Source: Antedon mediterranea (Eukaryota > Animalia > Echinodermata). From it: 64,000 bases of DNA. A program made the translations under genes and the position numbers. The DNA is taken from contig NC_092672.1 in assembly GCF_964355755.1 (NCBI RefSeq), forward strand, positions 31,564,437 through 31,628,436, written 5' to 3'. Shown here in pieces: positions 1 to 12,584 of the stretch; positions within the stretch are counted from its first letter, which is position 1, and the number at the start of each line of letters is the position of its first letter. The notes beneath the pieces were generated by a model. The model saw only the letters and a list, made by a program, of their open reading frames with translations, was not told where the DNA came from and made no database searches.

Positions 1-46
1 ACAATACATGATTTTTTAAATGTTGTTTTCCCCCAAAAATGTATAC

Positions 47-1084
47 TTATAGACCCAATGTTTGTTTGAAATAGTTTAAACCTAGGAATTTGTAAAACAC
101 TTCTCTAATTTTAGGATTTGTGAGGGCGTAAAGGAATGGATTGAGGGCAGAGTTGCTCCACAAGAGGTAATTCACGAACTCCCAGAGGGTGTCACTTAAA
201 CAGTCATCACAGACGATACTCCAAATAAGCACAATGCAATAAGGAGTCCAGCAGACAATAAAAGCAGAAACTAAAACCGCGAGAGTTACTGCAGCTTTTC
301 GATGTCGCTTAATCAAATTTATACTCGTATTTACGTGTTTTCGTGTAGAACCTGTGATCGATTGACCTGCACTGATCGATAAATGATTGTCTGCAACCCG
401 AAATAATGATTGGTTGTTATTGATGGGATTTGTGCGCGTACGATGACGTATCTGCGTATATACAATTGTATTTAAATATATTATGATGAATAACGGAATT
501 ACAAACTCAACGAATACAATTATCACATTGTACGCCATACTTTGTTCTGATTCCATTTCACAATTATCTGAATAATCTATTATTTTTTTACCCGTAAAGT
601 TTTCCCAGAATAAAGTTGGAATTGCGTAAAATGGTATGATAACAGCCCACGAGATAAGAATCATAACGGTAACGCGTTTTGTAGTCTGAAATTGACGGTA
701 TTTCAACTTAATTGTTAACATCCAGTATCGATCCAAACTGATTAAAATAATACCACAAACAGAAACAGCACATGCCGTGTAGTCAATGATCAACCACATC
801 TTACAGACGCCTTCACCAAATGGCCAGTAACCAAACATTAGCCAAAGAGTGTTAAGCGGGAACGAGAAAGCGCCAATGAAAAAATCAGCAACAGGCAAAT
901 TTAAAATGAACAAATATCCTGGTTTTGAATGAAAAGATGTTTCTGTTATGAGCACAAGAATGACGAGACCGTTTCCGATAACGGTTACAATAGACAAAAT
1001 CCATAGTATTACAATTCCTCCATTCACAATTAAAGTATCGTCTTCGGTTTGATTTCCGGCATCGTAATTGAAGGACGATTTCAT
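47..1084 (-). CDS. Class A GPCR copy 1, histamine H3/H4-like aminergic receptor (intact, most canonical)
   Basis: Seven TM segments with GN (TM1), CKMWLIIDY..C...SLDRY (D3.32), FVEFVIP (E5.46), CWTPY and LLWSNSALNPFLY (W7.43). First ATG at 1084, downstream of the acceptor tttctgtttcAG at 1121-1122. Confidence 0.9.
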   Translation of the reverse strand: MKSSFNYDAGNQTEDDTLIVNGGIVILWILSIVTVIGNGLVILVLITETSFHSKPGYLFILNLPVADFFIGAFSFPLNTLWLMFGYWPFGEGVCKMWLIIDYTACAVSVCGIILISLDRYWMLTIKLKYRQFQTTKRVTVMILISWAVIIPFYAIPTLFWENFTGKKIIDYSDNCEMESEQSMAYNVIIVFVEFVIPLFIIIYLNTIVYTQIRHRTRTNPINNNQSLFRVADNHLSISAGQSITGSTRKHVNTSINLIKRHRKAAVTLAVLVSAFIVCWTPYCIVLIWSIVCDDCLSDTLWEFVNYLLWSNSALNPFLYALTNPKIREVFYKFLGLNYFKQTLGL

Positions 1085-1186
1085 CGTTCTGAAGTGTCGT
1101 ACAGCACACAATTTGAATTACTGAAACAGAAAGTGGAAACAACAAAACAATGGCAATGTCATTAAGCTTCATAGTTACAAGACTAA

Positions 1187-1336
1187 AGCGTGGTTCCTCT
1201 TGCCAACGCAAAATCGTAAGTTTTCGACCAATCACCACGCGATGGAAGATTAGAACTGTGGCTTCCTTGTGATTGGTCAACTCACTTACATTACATCTAG
1301 GTCGTTGCGTTGCGTCTAAGAAGTAGGAACTAAGCT
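1187..1336. mobile_element. Palindromic MITE (PIF/Harbinger-like) in intron 1 of copy 1
   Basis: Ends AGCGTGGTTCC...GGAACTAAGCT flanked by TAA/TTA; internal inverted CCAATCAC/GTGATTGG; same family as 2547-2893. Confidence 0.6.
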
Positions 1337-1600
1337 TTAAATTACTGACACCCGTATTTTATGATAACAATGATTTGAAGAGGAAGGACCTTTGCACTTA
1401 AATGGAGTTCGATTCAGATGAAATTCTGCCTTTCTTTGGGATGTTGTCTCCCAGTATTAAACAGAAAAAGTTGGGGGTAGATTCATTGTTTCTATTTATC
1501 AGCGAATAAATAAATTAAGTTTACTGAATAATTCAGATATGAATATTGAAAAGGAAGATCGCGGACAGTAGGCCTTCTGTGGATGAAGAAAACAAATAAT

Positions 1601-1835
1601 ACTTACTGTCACACTCTGCCCTCTGCATCGAAAATGTTACCATTCACCAGTCTTGAAGTTCCTTTTAAATTGACATGTTTTTTAACGATAAAGACGCTAT
1701 CATATTTAATTATATGCATTTACATTGTTAGACCAATCACAACAGGTTGAAATAAACAGTGGCTTTTGTTCATGATGTGTATAACAAAACCAAACCATAA
1801 AGGGAAATGTTCAATCGTGAGGAGGGCGCAATACT
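1601..1835 (-). promoter_or_regulatory. Putative promoter and non-coding exon 1 of copy 1
   Basis: Minus-strand donor GTAAGT at 1601-1606; blocks TACATTGTTAGACCAATCA (~1721-1739) and GGAGGGCGC (~1821) are shared with the upstream regions of the other copies. Confidence 0.55.
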
Positions 1836-2546
1836 CGTATTTTAAAATAAACACTTATCTTCAAACAATTTCTTCAGCAGTTAGTCAATCCATGGCTAGA
1901 CTGTTGATCATGTTTCGCACACTCTTTCCCGCCAAAAACGTTGCGCGCCCATTAACACAAAATCACAATTCACAATTCACTCGTTCACTGTCTGATAATT
2001 CATTTACGTTGCATTTCGCACGAATATTCTCGCGTGTCACAGTAATGTTACTCGTGTCATAAGCGGTATATTGCTGTCCTAAAAAGTTTGTTATTGAAGT
2101 TTTTTTTTTCATTTCGTGAACGAGTGCATTTGAAATAATTATGTAACTACTAAAGGCAGGGTAATCATTGCAAACTTTGGCGAGAAAAGTCTCTTAACTT
2201 CTACAGACTATAGTTCTGTAATTTGCAGAAGTTTGTAAACTGGTTCTACACTAGAAAACTTTGGAAAAACGTATCTTAGCAACTGTTAAAGTTTGCACAA
2301 GTTAAGCTTCCTGTCTAAACTGGAGGCTGTCAAATACGGCCTAACGTATGCAAAGTAGTTTACCGCAGCCTCTGCAGCACTACAACTTTAGGCCTACGGT
2401 TTGCAAACTCAGACAAGAAGAACAGTTTTCTAAAATGTGCTAGTTGGCAAACTGCACACAAATTAGAAGACATTATTTTTCAGTAGCCGACTGGCGAGAT
2501 GGAGTTTCAACCTCATCAGTCGAATCATAATATCCATCATCTCTAA

Positions 2547-2893
2547 AGCTTGGTTTCCACTTGCGACGCAACGCAAAGACGTAACGCAATGTAAAGCGTG
2601 GTTCCCACTAGCGACGCAACACAAGGACGTAACGCAACGAAAGTGAATTGACCAATCACAAGCGATGGCTTATTCGCTTGTGATTGCTAACCGTCTATAA
2701 CTTCGCTTGTCATTGGTTAAAACGCTTGCATTGCGTTTACGTCCTTGCGTTATGTTCTAGTGGGAACCGAGCTTTAGTGATTTGACAAATCACAAGCGAT
2801 GTATTATTTAAACAGTGGCTTGCCATTGGTCAACTCGCTTGCGTTGCGCGTAGACCTACGTCTTTGAGTTGCGTCTCTAGTGGAAACCACGCT
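2547..2893. mobile_element. Harbinger-like MITE with a second copy of the same family nested at 2595-2773
   Basis: Outer TIRs AGCTTGGTTTCCAC / GTGGAAACCACGCT with TAA on both sides; inner TIRs AGCGTGGTTCCCACTAG / CTAGTGGGAACCGAGCT flanked by TAA/TTA. Confidence 0.7.
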
Positions 2894-2896
2894 TAA

Positions 2897-3132
2897 AGAT
2901 GTATTGTCCCCTAAAAACTTGAAAAATGAAGATTAATTAAATCAGACTTTGAATAGGTTATTTTGTAGTTTTGATAAAGTGAATCACTTCCGTAGAAAAA
3001 AAACCGCTTTCAATTCCATTTTGTTTAGGTAAATAAATTATTTTATAAGTCAATAACTAATTATATGAGATTAAAATGGCATATTCAACAACAAACATTT
3101 AAACAATTATTTTTCAGGGGGACAATACATCT
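2897..3132. mobile_element. Kolobok-like MITE
   Basis: TIR AGATGTATTGTCCCC / GGGGACAATACATCT; TTAA at 2893-2896 and 3133-3136; AG...CT termini. Confidence 0.75.
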
Positions 3133-3576
3133 TTAATACATCGACTACAAGTTTTTCATCTTGTTCTTAAAAAATATTTTTGTGTAATCTGGTTTTATTT
3201 CGGTAACTTGATCGGTAAAATCAACTCTTTAAAAAATATATAAGAAGCCAAATATTTAACTATAAAAAAACTTTACTACATCTGCTACAACTGTATCACT
3301 AAAATAAGACCGAACGAACGGTAAGTAGACTTAAACCAATTACATTACCATAGTATTAGATAATTAAAAAGCAAGATTATGAATGAAGCAGGTTACATAA
3401 AATGAAAAGCCCTAACTTCGATTTAATTTCTTGATTAAAAGCACTAATTAATAAATGACGTAAACAAAATTACATTACCATAATGTACCGTACGTTACAT
3501 CATTATATTATAGGCCTTTATTTCGGCTTTTCATCTTTTTTGAGTTTTTTTAACATCATCTTGACGGTACCTTTTG

Positions 3577-3724
3577 CGTGTTCCCATTAGGATGCAACGA
3601 AGGATGTATGGGCAACGCAACCGAGTTGACCAACCAGTCCGAGTAATCCATCGATTGTGATTGGTCAAATTACTAGCGTTGGTGGGTGTACTTTCTTGCG
3701 TTGCATCCTAGTGGGCACCAAGCC
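3577..3724. mobile_element. Diverged Harbinger-like MITE
   Basis: GTTCCCATTAGGATGCAACG ... CGTTGCATCCTAGTGGGCACCAAGCC inverted ends, similar to the 2547 family. Confidence 0.55.
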
Positions 3725-3809
3725 TAAATGTTTAATCAATAAAATAATTCACTTTGTTTGTATTCCCACATTTATCATAGGCCTATATGCCTATACAAAC
3801 ACTCACAAA

Positions 3810-4160
3810 GAGTGAGTGGCCGAGCGGTCAAGACAGTGGAACCGTAATTACGTAGCCATAACATCGGCAAGGGTTCGAGGCTCACTCGCTCCATGGTTCT
3901 GGTGGTAGAACGAGTCTTCTCGGATAAGGACTATAAACCGTAGGTCCAGTGTACACATAGCTCATGCTCACTTTAAAGAACCTAGTACATCTTTCGAGAC
4001 GAGTACCCCGGTGTACTAGTCCACACAAACACAGCCACTGTCACACACAGCCACTGTGCAAATTGGGACTGGACCGTTTTAGAGGTGTTTACCACCTGTT
4101 GGTCCAGATCCTTCACTAACTGAGTTAGTGAGAAGTCGAATAAATAAAAATAAAATAAAA
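3810..4160 (+). mobile_element. tRNA-derived SINE with Deu/Nin-like core
   Basis: A-box TGGCCGAGCGG and B-box GGTTCGAGGC; core TCGGATAAGGACTATAAACCGTAGGTCC...TAAAGAACC...CCCCGGTGT resembles the DeuSINE core (from recall); (AAAAT)n tail at 4140-4160. Confidence 0.7.
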
Positions 4161-5242
4161 ACGATTTGCATAACACAAACGAGCGTAACATTTTATTTTT
4201 GACCAGCATGCACAACAAATTGATACGATTGTTTCACAATACAAACACCAATTTACCTATTTTACAGATTTACACCGTGACAGGTTTAATTAATTGGAAA
4301 CTATTTTGGTCAATTGCATTATTACAACACTAGTTTCATGTTTCATTTTATTATTCATTATTGTCACGTTTTCAAATTATTTACATAATTAATAGCATGG
4401 CGCGGTGGTAATGTAAATTGATTCTGACGATGATACTATAATCTATCGATATTTTTACAAATATTGTTTCTCACTGATAAGGCAACCTACGCGCAACTCG
4501 AGTAAATCGACCAATCACAAGCGGCAGTTCAGATGATCCATTGATTAGTAAAATTGTACGAGTGTACGTACGTTGTGTTGTGCGAAACAAGACAAATGAT
4601 GCAAACTATACGGTATTGAAAATGTCAAAATCGGCACTGAATTTTGGTCGAAAGTTATTTCATCACGGTACCTTTTGGTTTTTACAACTAACAATGATCG
4701 GTCTGGTACCGTTTACTATAACAAGTACCTTACGTTGAATATACGTCATGGCGTTGCATTTACGTCGTTCTTACTTACAGCAGCATTTTTTCCTGTGAGG
4801 TTAAGGCAGAAATATGAATAATTCAGTACCTTGATTATTTTCTATCATAAAGAAAATTGCAAGATAGCTGATTACTTCTCTCAACTATTAAAAAAAACAT
4901 GTTCTTGATAGACCTCGAACCGGTGTAATAGTTTACACACATGATTTAATCTGGCCATGCTTATATAGCGCCCTCTATAACGACTGATTTCTGCCTTAAT
5001 CTCATAGAAAAAAAATGCAGCCCGGCAGCATTATTTCTGCCTCAACGAACCTAACCGGAAAATAAATAATGCAACCGGGCACTTTAAATTAATGTCTTAC
5101 TTGTTTCTTAGCATTGACATTATGCAACCACAATATTAGGTGCTATATAAATCTAGGATATTATTATTATTTTTTAACCTAAATTGTACATCAGTTGATA
5201 GCACCAAAACATTGGTTAGGTTCATGCATTTACTTTTAAAAT

Positions 5243-6199
5243 TCATTTGAAACATTTAAGACGAAGGAACTTGAAAAACACGTCTCTGATTTTAAGATTT
5301 GTAAGTGCATAAAGGAATGGATTGATGGCAGAGTTACTGAACAAGAGGTAGACTAAAACCACGTAAACAATTTCATCTGGTGAGTAATCACTAACACTAC
5401 TAAAAAAAAGCACAGTACAGTAAGGAGTCCAGCAGATGATAAAGGCAGAAAGTAAAACAGCAAGAGTTACTGCAGCCTTTCGATGTCGTCTCATTGAAGA
5501 AATTGCTATGTTCCGTTGGGTAGAAAATGCAATGATTGATAATGGATTTGTACGCGTACGATGACGTATCTCTTTGAATACATAACTATTCAAATAAATT
5601 ATAATGGTTAATGGTATCACAAAATTAACGAATATAGCTATCAAACTGTAAGCCGTACTTTCTTTCAATTCGTTATCGCACTCTTTTGAGTAGTCAATTA
5701 TTTGTTCTCCTTTGATTTTCTCACCGAATAAATATGGAATTGCGTAAAATGGTAATATAACAGCCCACGAGACAAGAATCATAACGGTAACTCGTTGTGT
5801 AGTCTGAAATTTACGGTATTTCAACTTTAGTTTTAGCATCCAGTACCGGTCCAAACTGATTAAGATAATACCACAAACAGAAACAACACATGCCGTGTAT
5901 TTAATGATCAACCACATCTTACAGACGCCTTCACCGAATGGCCAATAACCAAACATTAGTTCAAAGATGCTAAGCGGGAATGCGAAAGCGCCAATTAAAA
6001 AGTCGGCAACAGAAAGATTTAAGATGAACAAATTCGCTGGATTCGAACGAAGCGATTTTTCGGTGATGAAAGCAAGAATTACCAGACTGTTTCCGAACAC
6101 GGTCACTACGGATATAAACCAGCATATGATGATTCCGCCGGATACATTCAAAGTATCGTCAGTTTGATTTCCGACATCATTGTCGCTTAAAAAATCCAT
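5243..6199 (-). CDS. GPCR copy 2 (intact; K at 3.32, N at 5.46, F at 7.43)
   Basis: Full 7TM ORF ending KCFK*; ATG at 6199; acceptor ttttatttagtttcAG at 6223-6224. Confidence 0.88.
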   Translation of the reverse strand: MDFLSDNDVGNQTDDTLNVSGGIIICWFISVVTVFGNSLVILAFITEKSLRSNPANLFILNLSVADFLIGAFAFPLSIFELMFGYWPFGEGVCKMWLIIKYTACVVSVCGIILISLDRYWMLKLKLKYRKFQTTQRVTVMILVSWAVILPFYAIPYLFGEKIKGEQIIDYSKECDNELKESTAYSLIAIFVNFVIPLTIIIYLNSYVFKEIRHRTRTNPLSIIAFSTQRNIAISSMRRHRKAAVTLAVLLSAFIICWTPYCTVLFFSSVSDYSPDEIVYVVLVYLLFSNSAINPFLYALTNLKIRDVFFKFLRLKCFK

Positions 6200-6550
6200 A
6201 TTGAAGTGATCTTGGACAATCACTGAAACTAAATAAAACAGTAGTTTGAGTTAGAATAACTAATCCGTTTAAACTACTTCGTGCAATGTTGTTCTATAGG
6301 CCCTATTGTTATTGTCTATGATAACTGAAATGTCATGTTTATTTAGTTGCATTGCTCCCAATTTTGATATAGTAATTTTAAATACAATTTACAAATAATT
6401 TATTTGCAGTGATGTTAAATTTGTATATACTGTGCATACTACAAAATAAGATTATCAGAAAACTCCGATATAGAACAATTAAAAAACAATACATGGTTCC
6501 GATTTTGCTATTATTGTTTTCGATATTTTTGAATAAACAATACACATTGT

Positions 6551-6780
6551 ACTTACAGTGTATTAAATGCCACTATTCATCAGTCAGTGATGGAGTTCTA
6601 AGTTGTCCACACTGGTTGTCGCTACGATATTAAATTGAATAAAAGATGCATCGTATATTAATTATTATATACATACATTGTTAGACCAATCAAGTATAAA
6701 GTTACATTTTAATGGAAGTAATCATATCATTTATAATCTAATAATGATATTCTATAATTAGGAGGGCGCGATACTAATTA
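6551..6780 (-). promoter_or_regulatory. Putative promoter and non-coding exon 1 of copy 2
   Basis: Donor GTAAGTA at 6556; Inr-like TCAATT ~6637; TATATAA ~6666-6672; CCAAT ~6686; GGAGGGCGCG 6761-6770. Confidence 0.55.
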
Positions 6781-8166
6781 TTTGAAAAATCAATTACTTA
6801 CTTTCAAGTAGTCACTGATTGTGTTTTACAGTCATGTCCACGTGTGTTGTCTGACCATTCTCTTACGTTATTTTCCTCACATTTAGCACGAACATTTTCT
6901 CGTGTATTACTCGTGTCAAATGAATAAGATGCATGGCCTAACTTCAGCAAACTGCAGTTACCGAAGATTGTCAACTGTCAACTACATAGTCATACCAAAC
7001 GGTGAAAAGCTTTTCTTTCCAAACTCGTTGTAACAAACTGCCACTTTTTAAACTATTTACTGAAGGCCGTCATTCTGTCCATAATCACATGAATACCCTA
7101 CAAAACTGTTATCTGACAACCCTCAGCAAGCTAGTTTGTCGACATATTTTCTTCAAAATAAAAAGGCTTAACTTCTGCAAACTAATTTCCAAGTAGTTTG
7201 CCAATTGGTCTAAAGTTTTTTGACAAACGAACATTGTTACAACCAAGCTTTAGGTGCTCGAGTTTACCATTATAGCCTAAACCTTAAGTCTCCCGAATAA
7301 TATGTTCTTTCTGTGGATTTGGAACTATACCGTATTTTAAAACTTAGCTTGTTTTTTATTGCTACAATTTTTAAAAATGTTATTTAGAAATTGTATATAC
7401 CTGTATATCTTTGTACTTTTTATAAAATCTAAAACTGTTGTGCAGTAGTTCTTACAGTCATGGCAAATTGTACTGCACATTTTTATATGTATTTTTTTTA
7501 ACCAGAAAGAGCACTTAAAGGTATTTTGGTTGTTTTTAGTTTTTAATCTTTAAAAAAATAAATAAATAAAAGAAATCCTAAATTTTAAAATGTCTGAACC
7601 TAAAAGTGAACAAATTAACTACAACTTTTAATACGTTGCATTTCGCACGAATATTCTCGCGTGTCACAGTAATATTACTCGTGTCATAAGCGGTATATTG
7701 CTGTCCTAAAAAGTTTGTTATTGAAGTTTTTTTTTTCATTTTGTGAACGAGTGCATTTGAAATATGTAACTACTAAAGGCAGGGTAATCATTGCAAACTT
7801 TGGCGAGAAAAGTCTCTTAACTTCTACAGACTATAGTTCTGTAATTTGCAGAAGTTTGTAAACTGGTTCTACACTAGAAAACTTTGGAAAAACGTATCTT
7901 AGCAACTGTTAAAGTTTGCACAAGTTAAGCTTCCTGTCTAAACTGGAGGCTGTCAAATACGGCCTAACGTATGCAAAGTAGTTTACCGCAGCCTCGGCAG
8001 CACTACAACTTTAGGCCTACGGTTTGCAAACTCAGACAAGAACAGTTTTCTAAAATGTGCTAGTTGGCAAACTGCACACAAATTAGAAGACATTATTTTT
8101 TAGTAGCCGACTGGCGAGATAGAGTTTCAACCTCATCAGTCGAATCATGACATCCATCATCTCTAA

Positions 8167-8753
8167 AGCTTGGTTTCCACTTTCGACGCAACGCAAGGAC
8201 GTAACGCAATGTAAAGCGTGGTTCCCACTAGCGACGCAACACAAAGACGTAACGCAACGAAAGTGAATTGACCAATCACAAGCGATGGCTTATTCGCTTG
8301 TGATTGCTAACCGTCTATAACTTCGCTTGTCATTGGTTAAAACGCTTGCATTGCGTTTACGTCCTTGCGTTATGTTCTAGTGGGAATCGAGCTTTAGTGA
8401 TTTGACAAATCACAAGCGATGTATTATTTAAACAGTGGCTTGCCATTGGTCAACTCGCTTGCGTTGCGCGTAGACCTACGTCTTTGAGTTGCGTCTCTAG
8501 TGGAAACCACGCTTAAAGATGTATTGTCCCCTAAAAACTTGAAAAATGAAGATTAATTAAATCAGACTTTGAATAGGTTATTTTGTAGTTTTGATAAAGT
8601 GAATCACTTCCGTAGAAAAAAAAAACCGCTTTCAATTCCATTTTGTTTAGGTAAATAAATTATTTTATAAGTCAATAACTATTATATGAGATTAAAATGG
8701 CATATTCAACAACAAACATTTAAACAATTATTTTTCAGGGAGACAATACATCT
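8167..8753. mobile_element. Duplicated nested Harbinger MITE (8167-8513) plus Kolobok-like MITE (8517-8753)
   Basis: Same TIRs and TTAA sites as 2547-3132. Confidence 0.7.
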
Positions 8754-9406
8754 TTAATACATCGACTACAAGTTTTTCATCTTGTTCTTAAAAAATATTT
8801 TTGTGTAATCTGGTTTTATTTCGGTAACTTGATCGGTAAAATCAACTCTTTAAAAAATATATAAGAAGCCAAATATTTAACTATAAAAAACTTTACTACA
8901 TCTGCTACAACTGTATCACTAAAATAAGACCGAACGAATGGACTGAATATTTGTGCAGATAACACAGGTAAGTAGACTTAACCCAATTACATTACCATAG
9001 TATTAGATAATTAAAAAGCAAGATTATGAATGAAGCAGGTTACATAAAATGAAAAGCCCTAATTTCTTGATTAAAAGCACTAATTAATAAATGACGTAAA
9101 CAAAATTACATTACCATAATGTACCGTACGTTACATCATTATATTCTAGGCCTATATTTCGGCTTTTCATCTTTTTTTAGTTTTTTTAACATCATCTTGA
9201 CGGTACCTTTTGCGTGTTAAGAAAGCCGGAACATTGTCTCCGTATTCTTTAAAACTGAACTTACTTTTGTTTAATTATAGTTATGAAATTATTAAGGAAT
9301 ATTTATCTAATTGCATTAATAATCGGAATGTTTAATTTATATAATTTTCTTCCTCGGATTTCCATTAGAATGTTCTAGTTTTAGCCCATGTTTCCACAGC
9401 CGTAAC

Positions 9407-10126
9407 AAACAAGGCCATATAGGTGGCTGCAGTCGCGTGCTTAGTGTTTACCGACCGACCAATCAACCTACCAACTGACCGAAATTACTGAACTGAAAAA
9501 TGTTGAAATGTTTAAAAACAGTTATATTTTTTTAATTTACACGTCCGTAGCCTGTCACTTTTGACGTGCTCGTATAACGTAATTTCGAGTTGAAAAGTAA
9601 GTCAAGAAAACAGAAATCGGGCAAAAAGAGTGCGCAAAAACATTTAACGCGCAGTGCGCGCGCAAAAATCTGCGCACTCATGGCAATTTTGTAAACGCTT
9701 AAAATTGCCTGAAACGTACTCTTATTTCATCGAAAATAAATTTTGAAAATTTTAAGCGCGCGTACGCATGCGTTACATGCGCTACGCACGTAATTGTATT
9801 GCCATATGATGATTTATGCCCTGAAATTTATGAGTACCAAATTTTATTTAATTGTGATTCATGGTTGTGAAGATATGATTACAAACGTGATTTCGTTAAA
9901 TCGTGCGTAGACCTCGTAATTTTGTATTGCGCACCGTGAAAACATAACCACATCGATTCCTGGCCATAAGGAATATACTGTGAAAAATTGACTTAGCTAG
10001 ATTAAACTGATATCAAGATAAGGTCAGAAAGCGATAAAACGCATAGTGATACCGGACCGACAGACAGACCGACAGACCGACAGACCGACATAGTGAACTA
10101 TAGAGTCGCTTCCACGCGACTAAAAA
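9407..10126 (-). mobile_element. DINE-1/HINE-like non-autonomous Helentron-type element
   Basis: Reverse complement of the 13736 element: TTTTTAGTCGCGTG start, (GTCG/GTCT)n microsatellite, 3' CACGCGACT and GGCCTTGTTT end. It lies inside a GCCCATGTTTCCA / TGGAAACACGGCC MITE. Confidence 0.65.
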
Positions 10127-10260
10127 GTATCATTTCATTTTTAACCAATCAGATAATAATATATCGGTTAATTATCGGTTACTTTTTGGCTTTGGAAACA
10201 CGGCCTTACACTGTCCTAAGTAATACAATTACGTTTAGCGAAAAGATTGGTTCCCATTAG

Positions 10261-10552
10261 GCAAGGGTTCGAGGCTCACTCGCTCCATGGTTCTGGTGGT
10301 AGAACGAGTCTTCTCGGATAAGGACTATAAACCGTAGGTCCAGTGTACACAATAGCTCATGCGCACTTTAAAGAACCTAGTACATCTTTCGAGACGAGTA
10401 GGGGGTAGGGGGTTACCCCGGTGTACTAGTCCACACAAACACAGGCACTGCAAATTGGGACTGGACCGTTTTAGAGGTGTTTACCACCTGTTGGTCCAGA
10501 TCCTTCACTAACTGAGTTAGTGAGAAGTCGAATAAATAAAAATAAAATAAAA
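10261..10552 (+). mobile_element. 5'-deleted copy of the Deu-like SINE
   Basis: Matches 3868-4160 from the B-box onward. Confidence 0.7.
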
Positions 10553-11637
10553 ACGATTTGCATAAAACAAACGAGCGTAACATTTTATTTTTGACCAGCA
10601 TGCACAACAAATTGATACGATTGTTTCACAATACAAAAACCAATTTACCTATTTTACAGATTTACACCGTGACAGGTTTAATTAATTGGAAACTATTTTG
10701 GTCAATTGCATTATTACAACACTAGTTTCATGTTTCATTTTATTATTCATTATTGTCACGTTTTCAAATTATTTACATAATTAATAGCATGGCGCGGTGG
10801 TAATGTAAATTGATTCTGACGATGATAATATAATCTATCGATATTTTTACAAATATTGTTTCTCACTGATAGGGCAACCTACGCGCAACTCGAGTAAATC
10901 GACCAATCACAAGCAGCAGTTCGGATGATCCATTGATTAGTAAAATTGTACGAGTGTACGTACGTTGTGTTGTGCGAAACAAGACAAATGATGCAAACTA
11001 TACGGTATTGAAAATGTCAAAATCGGCACTGAATTTTGGTCGAAAGTTATTTCATTACGGTACCTTTTGGTTTTTACAACTAACAATGATCAGTCTGGTA
11101 CCGTTTACTATAACAAGTACTTTGCGTTGAATATACGTCATGGCGTTGCATTTACGTCGTTCTTACTTACAGCAGCATTTTTTCCTGTGAGGTTAAGGCA
11201 GAAATATGAATAATTCATTACCTTGATTATTTTCTATCATAAAGAAAATTGCAAGATAGCTGATTACTTCTCTCAACTATTAAAAAAAAACATGTTCTTG
11301 ATAGACCTCGAACCGGTGTAATAGTTTACATACATTATTTAATCTGGCCATGCTTATATAGCGCCCTCTATAACGACTGATTTCTGCCTTAATCTCATAA
11401 AAAAAAATGCAGCCCGGCAGCATTATTTCTGCCTCAACGAACCTAACCGGAAAATAAATAATGCAACCGGGCACTTCTTTGAATTAATGTCTTACTTGTT
11501 TCTTAGCATTGACATTATGCAACCACAATATTAGGTGCTATATAAATCTAGAATATTATTATTATTTTTTAACCTAAATTGTACATCAGTTGATAGCACC
11601 AAAACATTGGTTAGGTTCATGCATTTACTTTTAAAAT

Positions 11638-12584
11638 TCATTTGAAACATTTAAGACGAAGGAACTTGAAAAACACGTCTCTGATTTTAAGATTTGTAAG
11701 TGCATAAAGGAATGGATTGATGGCCGAGTTACTCCACAAGAGGTAGACTAAAACCGCATAAACAATTTCATCTGGTGAGTAATCATTAACACTACTCAAA
11801 AAAAGCACAGTACAGTCCAGCAGATGACAAAAGCAGAAAGTAAAACCGCAAGAGTTACTGCAGCCTTTCGATGTCGTCTCATTGAAGAAATTGCTATGTT
11901 CCGTTGGGTAGAAAATGCAATGATTGATAATGGGTTTGTACGCGTACGATGACGTATCTCTTTGAATACATAACTATTCAAATAAATTATAATGGTTAAT
12001 GGTATCACAAAAATAACGAATAGACCTACCAATCTGTAAGCCGTACTTTCTTTCAATTCTGTATCGCACTTTCTTGAGTAGTCAATTTGTTCTCCTCTGA
12101 TTTTCTCACCGAATAAATATGAAATTGCGTAAAATGGTAATATAACAGCCCACGAGACAAGAATCATAACGGTAACTCGTTGTGTAGTCTGAAATTGACG
12201 GTATTTCAACTTTAGTTTTAGCATCCAGTACCGATCCAAACTGATTAAGATAATACCACAAACAGAAACAGCACATGCCGTGTAATTAATGATCAGCCCC
12301 ATCTTACAGACGCCTTCACCGAATGGCCAATAACCAAACATTAGTTCAAGGATGCTAAGCGGGAATGCGAAAGCGCCAATTAAAAAGTCGGCAACAGAAA
12401 GATTTAAGATGAACAAATTCGCTGGATTCGAACAAAGCGATTTTTCGGTGATGAAAGCAAGAATTACCAGACTGTTTCCGAACACGGTCACTACGGATAT
12501 AAACCAGCATATGATGATTCCGCCGGATACATTCAAAGTATCGTCAGTTTGATTTCCGACATCATTGTCGCTTAAAAAATCCAT
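11638..12584 (-). pseudogene. GPCR copy 3, frameshifted (N at 3.32)
   Basis: 7-bp deletion at ~11816 between AGT microhomologies (copy 2: acAGTaaggAGTcc) destroys CWTPY; TM7 and KCFK* continue in another frame to 11638; also W3.28G. Confidence 0.85.

Noticed and set aside
3810-3892. tRNA gene
   Set aside because: The A/B boxes run into a SINE core and A-rich tail; no convincing cloverleaf.
5967-6167. Recurrent plus-strand ORFs antisense to TM1-TM2 (also at 12352, 17763, 22220, 24668, 30597, 37774)
   Set aside because: Antisense shadows of the conserved receptor coding sequence; starts and lengths are inconsistent.
8118-8160. Hammerhead-like core on the minus strand (GTC...CTGATGA-GGTT-GAAAC), also at ~2500-2540
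   Set aside because: Stems I and II cannot form, the GTC is absent in the sister copy, and the core is lost in the related sequence at ~52825.
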